From Eukaryota sp. GEM-RC1 (taxonomy: Eukaryota): a DNA stretch of 64,000 bases. This document shows positions 1 through 11,905 of this stretch, piece after piece. Position 1 is the stretch's first letter; each line of letters begins with the position of its first letter. Below the pieces are notes generated by a model that worked only from the letters and a program-made list of their open reading frames with translations, searched no databases and was not told the DNA's origin. The stretch covers positions 310,001 to 374,000 of the forward strand of contig JAUFOQ010000010.1 in assembly GCA_040285855.1 (NCBI GenBank), given 5' to 3'. The translations under genes and the position numbers were made by a program.

Positions 1-1963
1 GAAAGAGCTGTATGCCATTCTCTTGATTCTGACCGAATCTAGTTTAGAAAGTTTCCTATTAAGTAGGCATTTGACGATCTTTACAGATCATAGGAACCTT
101 GCTTATCTGATTTCAGCTCCAGAGAAGAATCGTATTGTCAAACGATGGATTCCAATTTTCTCGGAGTTTGATTTTGAGATAGAACATGTAGCTGGTACAA
201 ACAATCAATGGGCTGACATGTTATCACGTGTCATTGACCGTCGCCCAGTTGAAACAATCAAATCTCTGTTGATCTCAAATCATACCATCAGAAATGATAT
301 AATTCTTTCTCACGAAGGGTTAATCTATGATGAAGCTGATTACGTTGAGATGCTTCCTTGTAACACCAACATACTAGCTATCAAGAGTCTACAAGACCTC
401 TCAACTTACAATAAATTGCCTTTATTTGATTCTTGGTTATCAACCATTCGAGCTGAACAACATAAAGCTATCAATGAAGGAGATCAACTGTTTCACGATT
501 CAACACTGTGTACTATGAGCAATGTATACATCAACTCCAAGAACAAGATTTTGATTCCATCTAGTTTGAGAACGAAAGTTTTTTACATGCTACATGGATT
601 AGTCCAGTCAGGACATCCAAACAAGAAACGAAGTTTGGAAATATTGTTCAATAGTGGTTACTTTTGGCCAAGTATGAAAGCTGACATGGTAAAACATGTT
701 AAGCAATGCCCTGCGTGTCAGAAAACGGCACCTGTCCCTAAAAAGATAATTGAATCGACGGGTTCTCTATGGGCTGATAGACCTTTTGCTAGACTTAATG
801 TCGACACAATTGGTCCACTTCCAAAAGATCAAAATGGAAACCAATTCCTATTGGTGTTTGTAGATTCTTTCACCAGATACACCATTTTGAGCCCCCTCGA
901 AGAACTTAACAGTAGAGAAGTAGCATATCGTCTTGTGTGGGATGTGATTGCTATCTTTGGAATACCGTTTAGTATACATAGTGATAATGGTACCGAGTTT
1001 GCCAATGCTATTTTCGAGGCAATATGTAACCTACTGGCGATTGAAGTAAGTCGTTCGATTCCTCATTTCTCCCAGAGTAATGGACTGGTGGAACGACGTC
1101 ACAGAGACGTTCTGCAAAGCCTACGTCGGCTTCTTGTGGACTTCAATGATTATGACAATTGGTCAACGTACATTCCAACTGTACAATTGCAAATCAACGC
1201 AACGAATAGTTCTGTGACTGGGCACTCACCTTATGAATTGATGTTTGGTAGTGACATAAGTCCTGGTGCAGATCCTAGTAATTTACTAGCTGCTGTTGAG
1301 AAATCAACAAAGAATGTTCCGTTTATTAACGACATTAAAATGAAACTGGATCGTCTTACTAAAAAGAGAGAAGAGGCAGAGGTTCGTCAATCGAGACTCA
1401 AGCCAAAGAAGAAGTCTGGCCCCAGTCAATCATTCAATGTTGGAGACCTTGTTTTAAAAGCATCCAAAACTAGTAAGCTTCATGGTAATTACACTGGACC
1501 TTATTTAGTTGTCTCAATTGATTCGAAATCGTCAGTTTCCTTAAAGAATCTGATCACTGGATATGTTAGTAAGACTAGCATTTATCAATGTAAGATCTTT
1601 CAATCAGGTCTACCTGCTGATCATGATCTCCACAGAGCAATTGCTTCTGGGGATTCTGAAGAACACATCGTGGTTAAGATCCTAGATAGGTTCAATACAC
1701 CCGATGGTGAACATTGTACTGTACTTTGGTTTGGTGGTGATACTTCATCAGTTCCCACCAAGGACATTAAGAACACCAACGCGTATAGTGAATTTGTAAA
1801 ATTAGAAAATGTAGATTTATTTTGTAATAGTAGAAACGTAGCTAAGAGTAAGCCCACTAAGCTTAAACGTACCTCAAGTAGTATGAGTATTCCAAAGTCA
1901 TCGTCTGTAGTTAAGACACCTGTAGCTAAGAGGACAAGGAGCTCAAGAAGAGAGAAGAGGTAA
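1..1963 (+). mobile_element. pol: Ty3/Gypsy LTR retrotransposon pol, 3' part (RNase H C-terminus, integrase, degenerate chromodomain); open at the window edge
   Basis: RNase H motifs TDHRNL and RW..FDFEIEHVAG..N..ADMLSR; integrase HHCC (HGLVQSGH...CPACQ); core D-D-E (DTIGP, SDNGTEF, NGLVERRH); GPY motif; chromo-like EHIVVKILD...TVLWFG. The RH-then-IN order is the Ty3/Gypsy order. Confidence 0.93.
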
Positions 1964-2054
1964 TGTTAGCCACAGGTGTTAGTGAAGTGTTACTAGTACG
2001 TATAATTTGATTTATAAACACCCTTTACCTTCCCCTTTGCACCTTTAGGTATTA
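1945..2054 (+). repeat. Polypurine tract and probable start of the 3' LTR (short or truncated)
   Basis: Purine run AAGAAGAGAGAAGAGG (1945-1960), then TAA, then TGTTAG at 1964; sequence switches to a LINE fragment at ~2055. No second LTR in the window to confirm. Confidence 0.6.
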
Positions 2055-2420
2055 CTTGGATGGAATCAATCTGTTGAATTCCAGTAACTGCCGTTGGATT
2101 CAATCTGCTATAGATTTGGTATCATCCTTGTCTCCTGAAATGTGGGAATCTTTGTTCCCTGCTCATTTGAAGGAGACTCCTTTAAGAAATAATTCTTCTC
2201 TACCTTCTGCTGTATGTAAGTTGCAAAATAAATTGACAAAGGAGTTTGAACTCTTGGACTTCAATAATCGTATTAGCTTGGCTAAAACTAATAGTCCCAA
2301 GTTTGCTGCTTTTTTAATTGACCTTTGTAATAGTGGACCTTCTGTATATATTTCTCAAATTCCTAAGGTGTTTGGATTACATCTATCTGATGAAGCTTGG
2401 ATGATCAATATGCGTCTTCA
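2055..2420 (+). mobile_element. Internal fragment of RLE non-LTR retrotransposon family A
   Basis: Near-identical to the reverse complement of ~10215-10580 (DGINLLNSSNCRWIQSA...GLHLSDEAWMINMRL). Confidence 0.85.
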
Positions 2421-2631
2421 TATGAATGATTGAGAGCTGGTTATCTGTGAGTTCATTATCAAAGAAATACAAACATTATAAACATTATATAGAATATTAA
2501 AAAGAGAATTTATCAGCACGACTACGGACTGCTTACATCGCAACGTAGTCTAATCGTTACGTAGAGCAATCATTTGAGCAATGGTTTCATGGGTTCGACA
2601 AAATTTATTCTACAAGTACTAATACAAACTC

Positions 2632-5600
2632 ATGACTCAACCTCCACCAAAGACATGTCATTCTTCAGGTAACGTTCCTTCCAGGTTATGGGTATACCTC
2701 CTCCAACCCACAGAAATCTCAATGCTTCACAAATTCTCTGTACAACCTTCAAGAAACTTCTGATCATGTCTACTTCCAACAGTCCCTGTTGATACTTGTA
2801 CATTCTCACTACCTCAGAAGTCTCTTGAAGTCTTCTTTGAAAGTGAATGACCCATTCTCAATGTCACGTCATCAGATACTCCGTGTACCCTTTCTTAGTT
2901 CTATCAAAGCACCTCTCACATTCTACGTTAAAGTTGGTTACGTGAGTCAACGTTTCTTTAAGTCATCGTTCCTTTCAGTCAAGATGTTCTTTGAAACAAA
3001 CACGTTTCCTTTAGTCCCTCAAGATCTTCCTAAACTCTCTTCAATCGCTTCTTTCTTTGGAGCAGAGCTTAGATCTGTATGTTTATCCATTGTTAAATCC
3101 TCAGTAGTTGAGGACATTCTTGAGTTTACTTCTATTGTCACTCATTTAAAAGCAGAAGATTCCTCATTTTTACCTCATCTACTTGACCATTCTTCTTCTA
3201 TTTTCCTTTCACGTCTTCGAGTTCTTGACGTTATCAGTAAGCCACCTGGTGATACTTTTACTTCCTTTTGTAATTCTCTAATGGTTAATACTACTGTTTT
3301 AGAGTTGCTCATTGATATTAGTGATGTTTCGTCCAACGAGTTGTTTTCATTTAAAAAAGTGTTTTGGTCCAATAATACTCTTAAGAAATTGACCTTAAGT
3401 TCTAAGTGTATTCCAAGATCTTTATATGAGGAGTGTCAGATCCTTTTTCAACAAGTTTCAACTCATTCAACACTTGAATTGATAGATTTATCTAATTTTG
3501 ATCTTAAAACTGAAATTTCTAATGTAATTGTCACATTTTTACAGAGTATTAGTATAAGAAGTGTTGTGTTTCCTAAAAATTGTAATCTTGATTCATCAAT
3601 ATCAGGTAGTCTCAATAATAATTCATCTCTTAGAGATCTAACTTTTAGTAAATATAGGGACATGTCTGAACTATTTGTTACAAGTTTAATGTCACATTCA
3701 AAATTTAAAAAATTAACGTTTTTAGGTACACGTTCAATGTATATAATTAGTAAAGGTATCGAATCTAATACCTCTGTATTAGAACTATCGTTGTTTCCTC
3801 ATTCAGAGTACGAGACTTCAATTGATAAGTACCAAGTAGAATCTTTAAGTTCAATGCTACAAAGAAATACCACTTTGTTGGTCTTAAATCTGCAGGTTTT
3901 CAGTTGAATCCACTTCAGTTTAAAACAATTCTTAAAGGACTTGGAAGCCAATGCAACCTTAAAGAAGTTTAGTTTTACTTCATTGAGATTCAATTGCTTA
4001 GTTTTAATGTTTGAAAGATTGATCACCAACAAATTGACTCTTAAAGTTGGACTTTATCCTCATTTGATTGATGTCACAACAAGGGCGTTTTGTTTTTCAC
4101 CAACAAAGTCTGTCGACATCACTTCTGAACAAATTTTGTCTCTAAAGACATATTTGAACAATTCTGGTATCAAAGAACTTACTCTTAAAAATTGCCTTTT
4201 TAGCGAGGATTCTTTCAAAACTTTGTGTGATTTAATCAGAGTCAACGACACATTGACTTCTGTTGACTTCAGTTACATTAGAGTGTATAATCGTTATTGT
4301 TCCGGTTATACTAGACCATGCCACGAGTTAACCGATGAACATTATCTGAAATTGATCGATGCTCTTCAGTCCCAGTCTAATTTAAACAAATTTAAAAATT
4401 TCAAAAATGTGAATCTTAGTATTTTTATTGACCGTTATAGACGTAGACATTCTATTGGATTCAAGATTCTTTTGCACATTTTTGATCTGATTTGCACCGG
4501 GAAATTAACCTCAAATATTACAATTTTCCCACATGCAATTGATGCTAATCTTGGTTTTATTCGTTATGAGAACGAGCTTGCAAATAGGGATTTACCTTTT
4601 CTATTAGAATCATTGAGATCAAATGTACCTATCAAACGTGTTGAATGTCTTGGAATGACACGTCTAAGTCTAAAAGGACTTATATCTTTATATGAAATCC
4701 GTTCTTTTAACAAGTCAGTAGAAGACCTTGATACTTCTCCTCATTTAATTGATGTTGACAATGGAGTGTTTAGTTTCAATTCCAAAAAGCCTATCGATGT
4801 TACTTTTGAAATATCTTCACTGCAGTCTTTTCTCGTACGTTATAATATCAAGCAACTTTCACTGACAAAACTTTGTTTTCCCAAAAATGCAATAAGTCTA
4901 TTGAATGATTTATTGGGTCAATCTCATTCATTGATTTCTGTTGACCTTAGTGGCTGTGTATTGTCTGATTTGCATTTTTTAACATCGTCCACTATTGAAA
5001 AAAGTCGTCAATCCAAACATTATCCTTTAAATTATTTGAAAATTCTGACTTTCATTAGTCTCGAAAGTCTTTTACTAATCTTTGATCAGTTTAAGAGTCA
5101 CAAATCACTTCAAAGAATGAAAGTTTCCGATCATGTGATTCACTTTGATTCTAAGTTGATTGAATATGACAAAAAGATCACCAATGAGGATTTAAGTGCG
5201 CTTTTAAAAGCTCTAAAGTCTAACGTTCCTATTAAACGTGTTGAATGCCGTAGACTGGGAGATCCAAGTCTAAAAGGACTTATTACTTTATTTGAAATTG
5301 GTTCTATTAAACAGTCAGTGATGGGTCTTGATATTTCTCCTCATTGTGTAGACGTTGAAAATGGTGTGTTCTGTTTTTCACCAAAAAGTCGACTAATATA
5401 ACTATCGAAGAAGTTTCGTCATTGCAGTCAGTTTTAAACAATTCCTGTGTTAAAAAGCTTACTCTAAAAAAATGTCGTTTTACTAACGATACAATCACTA
5501 TTTTATCTGATTCAATCAAAATCAATCATTCATTGACTTCTCTTGACATCAGTCTCTGTAAACTTTCTGATGATAATTGTAAACAAATAGTAGTTGCACT

Positions 5601-5958
5601 TCAGCTTACTTCATCGAGGCTTGTCACACTTAGTTTAGCCTCTAATTCTATTGGAAACGAAGGAGTGGCAGCATTGGCTGATTCCTTGAAAGGTAATACG
5701 TCGATATCTGAACTTTGTCTAGGTGGCAATTGTATTGGTAATGAAGGTGCTATTGCATTGGCTGAAATGATGAAGGAGAACTCTTCAATTACAACGATTA
5801 CCTTAGGATCAAACTCTATTGGTAAGGCAGGAGTTGAGTCATTAGCAGATGCATTGTTAATGAATTCCACAGTGACTTCGATTAAACTGTTTCCAATCAA
5901 GATCGATTCTGATGAAGCAGAAAATTGTGCAAAAGTTTTTGATGCTCGGATTTTCTAA
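2632..5958 (+). CDS. Large RNI-like LRR protein with composite repeats, split over several frames (frameshifted gene or assembly indels)
   Basis: ORFs 2789-3907, 3941-5401 and 5422-5958 are collinear with paralogs at 11906, 16754 and 26161 (QQSLLILVHS, KVGYVSQRFF, SNVPIKRVEC, PHxIDVxNGVF). C-terminal NSIGNEG LRRs. ATG at 2632 (MTQPPPK) parallels MLQPPLK at 26161. Confidence 0.75.
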
Positions 5959-6303
5959 TATTTGTTTAGAAAACAAGGTTATTATCTTATTTCTTTTCGA
6001 AAATGGTTTCTTTTGTGTCAAAAATTTAAATTATTTGAAACTTAATTTTCTTGTTATATTTAAACAAACAATGAACATACCTTAATTCAGAGAAGATCTT
6101 AAACTGTTTATATCAACTCCAAAGTATAACTTAAGAATCCCAAATTGGTTCGTATCTGGGATCATAAGTTCTGGACATATTTTCTTTTCAGTGTTTAGAA
6201 AGTTCTCAGTGCGAGAAGCGTATGTTGAATCTCACACATCAATTTATAAATAGCTGTAATAGGGACTGTTTAAATCCTAAAATTTTATTCGGTACCCAAT
6301 AAG

Positions 6304-7037
6304 TATACATGTTATTCAGCGTGACTCGTTGTGACGCGTCGAACGTCACGTCGACGTTGCACTGCGTCGACTTCTGATTTCTTATTCCACGTCGCGTCAC
6401 GTCGACCTCAGAATTTTGGCGTCGCGTCGCAGCGCGTCTCGACGCGTCACTTATATAAATGTCACTTCATGTTTGAATACGTTGACCCAGTTTATAGTGA
6501 TTTGTTTACTCCGATTTTTTGGACAAAAGTTTCTCTAGTAGAACTTTGTATAAACAAGTTTTTTTAATTCATATGAATTTCAATTTTTGGTAGTTATTGG
6601 TCCAGCAGGTATAAAATTTTTGAGTGATTTTAATCTTTTATGTCGTTCTAATGACACGGTTTCTAATGGTGCTGTATAGATTAATCGAATTATATTTGCT
6701 CCTTATAGAAGCATTTTCAAGAATTTATGTTCCATTTATTCCATCTATAGGGATAATTCTCGTGTTGATTGGAGAATTTAACTTCTTTCATTATTTGACT
6801 TAGCATGCACTGTCTTAATTTATTGTTGCAATTAAAATCTTTAGTTCTGTTGTAATGTCATATGATGAAAAAATTGCATTAACAATGATTATTTTATTTG
6901 GATCTACGTCGCGACGACTTTCAGCGACGTTTCGACGTGTCGACGTTGACGCGACGCGACCCTTGTACGCGCTGAGTGACTCCGACGCGGAACAAATGAC
7001 GTCACGTCGCGTCGAGTCACACTAAATGACATGTCTA
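6304..7037. mobile_element. hAT-like non-autonomous DNA transposon (MITE) with CpG-rich subterminal repeats
   Basis: 8-bp TSD CCAATAAG at 6296-6303 and 7038-7045; imperfect TIRs TATACATGTTATTCAGCGTGACTCG / CGAGTCACACTAAATGACATGTCTA; (CGCGT/CGACG)n subterminal motifs; the empty site is visible at ~9460-9480. Confidence 0.82.
6575..6855 (+). mobile_element. Decayed 3' end of non-LTR family B nested inside the MITE
   Basis: Matches the reverse complement of ~20860-21115 (ISIFG..GPAG..F.SDF..LCRSN...GDNSRVD.ENLTSFI) plus 3' UTR. Confidence 0.75.
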
Positions 7038-7045
7038 CCAATAAG

Positions 7046-8154
7046 GTAACCTTCCTACAAAACTGAAAAATTGCAAAAACAAACAAATAATACTAAGATT
7101 AAATCCAAACGACTTCATCACCACCCGGTAAACGATTATGTTTTTCAACATTAACCTTCACACCAAACTTGTACAATTTCTTAATTAATCGAGAGAAGTA
7201 GAAATGCATATTCCGATATATGGAAAACACTATACGGTTTTTCCATTCAGCCATTCTAATCTTACGCTTCTTTTCTTTACTCAGTTCATCGAAATCCTTG
7301 AAAAATTGATCATCAGCAGGACTAATAGATCCAAAAGAGAAACAGCAAAAGGTTGAAACACAAATCTGAAATATGAGTTGCTATTTAATTCTTCTACTTG
7401 AGAGTCATATTTGGAGTGTTTGAGCTTTTCAGCAGCTGTTAACGGATTAAAAGAAGAATCTTATATCCTACTAACACAAGATTTGTTACATACATCTACT
7501 GTAGTAAGATCCATTAATGATTGACTCGATTTAAGCCACGGAGTATGGAGATCCCCTCTTTTTTGATCAGTAAATTCATTATCTGAAAGATGATTCAAAA
7601 CTGGTTCAACATTAGAGTGAAAACCATGTGCTTTAAACATGGAATAACAAGAATCACGTACACCATCATGAATTACTGTACGTAGATAAAAAAAAATAAC
7701 GACAATTCACAATTAATTAAATGACGAAATACACCATTAGCTCCACAAGAGCAAGTTGAATAGTTTAATAGTTTTGCAGGCCAAATAGCCACACGAAGAC
7801 GCATATTGATCATCCAAGCTTCATCAGATAGATGTAATCCAAACACCTTAAGAATTTGAGAATTAAATCCAGAAGGTCCACTATTTACAAAGGTCCATTA
7901 AAAAAAGCAGCGAACTTGGGACTATTAGTTTTAGCCAAGCTAATACGATTATTTAAGTTTCAGAGCTCAAACTCCTCTGTCAATTTATTTTGCAGTTTAC
8001 AGACAGCAGACGGTAGAGATGAAATATTTTTTAAAGGAGTCTCCTTTAAGTGAGCAGGGAACAAAGATTCCCACATTTCAGGAGACAATGATGATACCAA
8101 ATCTTTAGCAGATTGAATCCAACGGCAATTACTGGAATTCAACAGATTGATTCC
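7046..8154 (-). mobile_element. 5'-truncated RLE non-LTR retrotransposon family A (degenerate)
   Basis: Collinear with 9475-10575; contains the CSC..H..C knuckle, IHDGVRD, GDLHTPW..MDLTT endonuclease region and 3' UTR. Confidence 0.85.
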
Positions 8155-8379
8155 AAAGATTCTAAATCCTTGGCGTAAACCACAATTGGGCAATTAAATT
8201 GCGGAGAATTGAAACAGTAGTGCAGCATGTCACGGGTATATTTATCTCAACACACTCATTCATAATCGATCAAACGAATAGTCAGTGAAACCACTAGTAA
8301 AAAGGGTTTATTGAAAAGTTGTAGTCCTAATAAATATTACACTTAACACAAACACATAAGATTCATTCCACATAATTTG

Positions 8380-9290
8380 TAAGAGTTGTACTAAAAGCGT
8401 CACACCATTTCCTGGTGTTTAAGAGCTTGCTCTTAAATATTGTCATTTTAGCAATGTACTACTACATGCATTGTGTCACGTGATCCAGGCAAATACTACA
8501 TTGACGACTTCAAAGATTGCCAATTCACCTATGATAGAATAATACAAATACTTTACTCGCTTCTGTGCAAATTATTAAGGTTTATTTAATCTAAAAAAGT
8601 CTATCTCACCAAAAATTTAGTCGGATTTCAAAGTGTCTTGACTATTTATGAATTAGTGTCAACAAACAAACTTGCTTCAAATATTAACTTAACTTAACTT
8701 AACTTAACATTAACTTGCCGGTCATGGTATGAAGCAAATTATGCTGGAGAATGGTAAGAGACTTTTTATATACCATTGTGAATAGTGGTACAAAACTAAT
8801 TTTGAATTAGAAGTAATGGTATAGAAAAAAATTTCCCTATTCAAATTCTCATCATTCTATTGAATTTTCTCTTGGATTTATTCGTTACGAAAATGTAGTT
8901 GAGAACAATGACTTACATTTACTTTTGAAAACTTTAAAGTCAAATCTTTCTATTAAACGAGTTGAATGTTTTGGATTGAAAAGTCAAAGTGTAGAAGGAC
9001 TTATTCATTTATTTGGAATTCTCTTCATTCAACAATTAATGATTGGTCTTGATGGTTTTTCTCACATAATTGGCATTGAAAATGGTGTGTTTTGCTATTT
9101 GCCAGAAAGTTGCACTCAAATTACTACTGGAGATCTTTCTTGTTTACATTGTTTTTTTAAGCGTTCCAGAATCAAGGAACTTACTTTTAAACGATGTCGT
9201 TTTCCTCACCAAGCAATCAATTTGAGTGATACACTTACACTCAATAATTCGTTGACTTTTATTGACTTTAGCGGGTGTACATTTTTTAAT
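8380..9290 (+). pseudogene. Degenerate internal fragment of the composite-repeat LRR family
   Basis: KSNLSIKRVECFGL...ENGVFCYLP...IKELTFKRCRF motifs; stops and an insertion at ~8686-8837. Confidence 0.7.
8684..8837 (-). repeat. Short insertion ending in a (GTTAA)n tail (TTAAC repeats on the + strand)
   Basis: TTAAC tandem 8684-8716; it interrupts TCAAATATT|CAAATT, which is contiguous in the paralog at ~13992. Confidence 0.5.
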
Positions 9291-9457
9291 GATATTGTAG
9301 AAAAACTTAATAAGGACGTGGGAGAACTTGTCGGAAGTCAGTTACCACCGCTCGTTTTTTTGATAAATATCGACATTGTTTGAGAGTGAGTAGATAATAT
9401 TTAATTACATTTTCATATAAGTGTTTATTTGCAGCAATAAATAGAGAGAGATATGTT

Positions 9458-10950
9458 TATTCGGCACCCAATAAGGTAACCTTTCTACAAACTATGAAAT
9501 TGTAAAAACAAACAAATAATACTAAGATTAAATCCAAACGACTTCATCACCACCCGGTAAAAGATTACGTTTATCTACATGAACCTTCACACCAAACTTG
9601 TACAATTTCTCAATTAATCTAGAGAAATAGAAAGGCATATTCCGATATATGGAAAACACTATACGGTTTTTCCATTCAGCCATTCTAAACTTACGCTTCT
9701 TTTCTTTACACAATTCTTCGAAATCCTTGAAAAATTGATCACCAGCAGGACTAATAGATCCAAAAGAGAAACAGCAAAAGGTTGAAACACAAATTTGGAA
9801 TATGAGTTTCTATTTAATTCTTCTACTTGAGAGTCATACTTGGTGTGTTTGAGCTTTTCAGCTGCTGTTAATGGATTAAAAGAAGAATCTAATATCCTAC
9901 TAACACAAGATTTGTTACATACATCTACTGTAGTAAAATCCATTAATGCTTGACTCGATTTAAGCCACGGAGTATGTAGATCCCCTCGTTTTTGATCAGT
10001 AAATTCATTTTCTGAAAGATGATTCAAAACTGGTTCAACTTTAGAGTGAAAACCATGTGCTTTAAACATGGAATAACAAGAATCACGTACACCATCATGA
10101 ATTACTGCACGGAGATGAATAAAATAACGACAATTAATTAAATGACGAAAAACACCATTAGCTCCACAAGAGCACGTTGAATAGTTTAATAAATTTGCAG
10201 GCCAAATAGCCAAACGAAGACGCATATTGATCATCCAAGCTTCATCAGATAGATGTAATCCATACACCTTTGGAATTTGAGAAATAAATCCAGAAGGTCC
10301 ACTATTACAAAGATCGATTAAAAAAGCAGCGAACTCGGGACTATTAGTTTTAGCCAAGCTAATACGATTATTAAAGTCCAAGAGTTCAAACTCCTTGTCA
10401 ATTTATTTTGCAGCTTACATACAGCAGATGGTAGAGATGAAATATTTTTTAAAGGAGTCTCCTTCAAATGAGCAGGGAACAAAGATTCCCACATTTCAGG
10501 AGACAAAGATGATAACAAATCTTTAGCAGATTGAATCCAACGGCAATTACTGGAATTCAACAGATTGATTCCATCCAAGGGAAACCGTTTCAAAAATTCA
10601 AACATAAAATTCTTAACACCTCCTAAAAGAGCAGATTTTCTAATGATTTTTGCATGGGTGAAACCTACTCCTGCGAATTCAGAAGAATAAAAAGCATGAA
10701 ATGGAATCTTAGACTCATCAATTTCAGCCAAGTTAGAGAGAAAATTTGTTCTAATAGAATTAAATTTCTTGGCAAATGTTTCAGTAAGGGAATAGTCTAA
10801 TGAACGTAAAAAATGATTAATTTTCCCGGAAAAACAGACCTGAAGCATAGCAAAGGAAACATGTTTGCTCACATCTAAAGATAATATTTGATTTAGTTTT
10901 TCTTCAATTGTAGTTAATGAACTCTCCAATTCTGAATGCAATAAATTAAT
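9458..10950 (-). mobile_element. 5'-truncated RLE (CRE-like) non-LTR retrotransposon family A, longest copy
   Basis: ORFs 10318-10956, 9659-10381 and 9528-9713: post-RT region (AGVGF), LSDEAW..NMRLRL, CCHC knuckle, IHDGVRD, VEP, RGD...DFT, AEKLKHTKY, FQPFAVS, the typical restriction-like endonuclease C-terminus. No RT core present. Confidence 0.88.
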
Positions 10951-11180
10951 ACACACTAATTCAGAAAATGAAACAAATCCACATCAATACGAGAACTGTA
11001 CAACTTCGAATAAATGGAACTCAAATACTTGAGAATACATCTATAAAGAGCGAACATGATTCGATTAATCCATACAGCGCTATTAAACACCTTGCCATTA
11101 GAACGACATAAAAGACTAAAATCACTGAAAAAATTTAAACCGGCTGGACCAATATTACCAAAAATAGAAATTGCAAATAC
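10941..11180 (-). mobile_element. 3' end fragment of non-LTR family B
   Basis: Matches 20865-21115 directly (TTCAGAAAATGAA...CCAATATTACCAAAAAT). Confidence 0.75.
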
Positions 11181-11329
11181 ATTACATTTTCAAGTCATTT
11201 TAAAAAAGCTCAATTTTTTATAGCTTTCAAGTTGAAAGTTTCAGCCCATAATTTAATTTTGAGATGTAGTAGTGTTTGTGTCATTATGTGATGTGTCTTT
11301 TGTAAATGAGACAAACAATAAAATCAATA

Positions 11330-11550
11330 TTTGTAACACTAAAATTAATACATACTAATTCAAAAAACGGAAGAAGTTAACATCTCCACATCAACACGGG
11401 AATTATCCTTATACGGTTTCGAATAAATGGAACTTAAATACTTGGGAGTGGCTCTAAAAGGGCAAGCATAATTCGATTAATCCATACAGCACTATTAAAA
11501 ACCTTGCCGTTAGACCAAACAGAAGACTTAAATCGCTGAAAAAATTTAAA
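11330..11550 (-). mobile_element. 3' end fragment of non-LTR family B
   Basis: Matches 20865-21080 (AATTAATACATACTAATTCA...CTCCACATCAACACGGGAATT). Confidence 0.72.
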
Positions 11551-11905
11551 GTAATTATTTACAATGTCAAAGGTTACAGTATGATTAAACTATTTTTTAC
11601 AGAAGAAAATGCACATTTTCAAATTCAAAACTTTCAACACTATCCCGTCAATCCATCATTAACAACACAGTCAGTGAATAGTCGTGGTCGTTTTTAAGAG
11701 ATAATAAGTCATTTATACTCCTTTCAATCCACTGATCCAGTAGCACATTGCCGTCTAATGCACCCATAAGGTTTCATGATGCATTTCATTGAAGGAATAT
11801 TGAAGCAAATAGAAGTAAACACGCAGTGTGAATGTTGAATTCTCTGCCCCTTATCAAAGAGGTGTTCCCAATCATTTAATTTCACTGCTACAGGGTATTA
11901 TGTAG

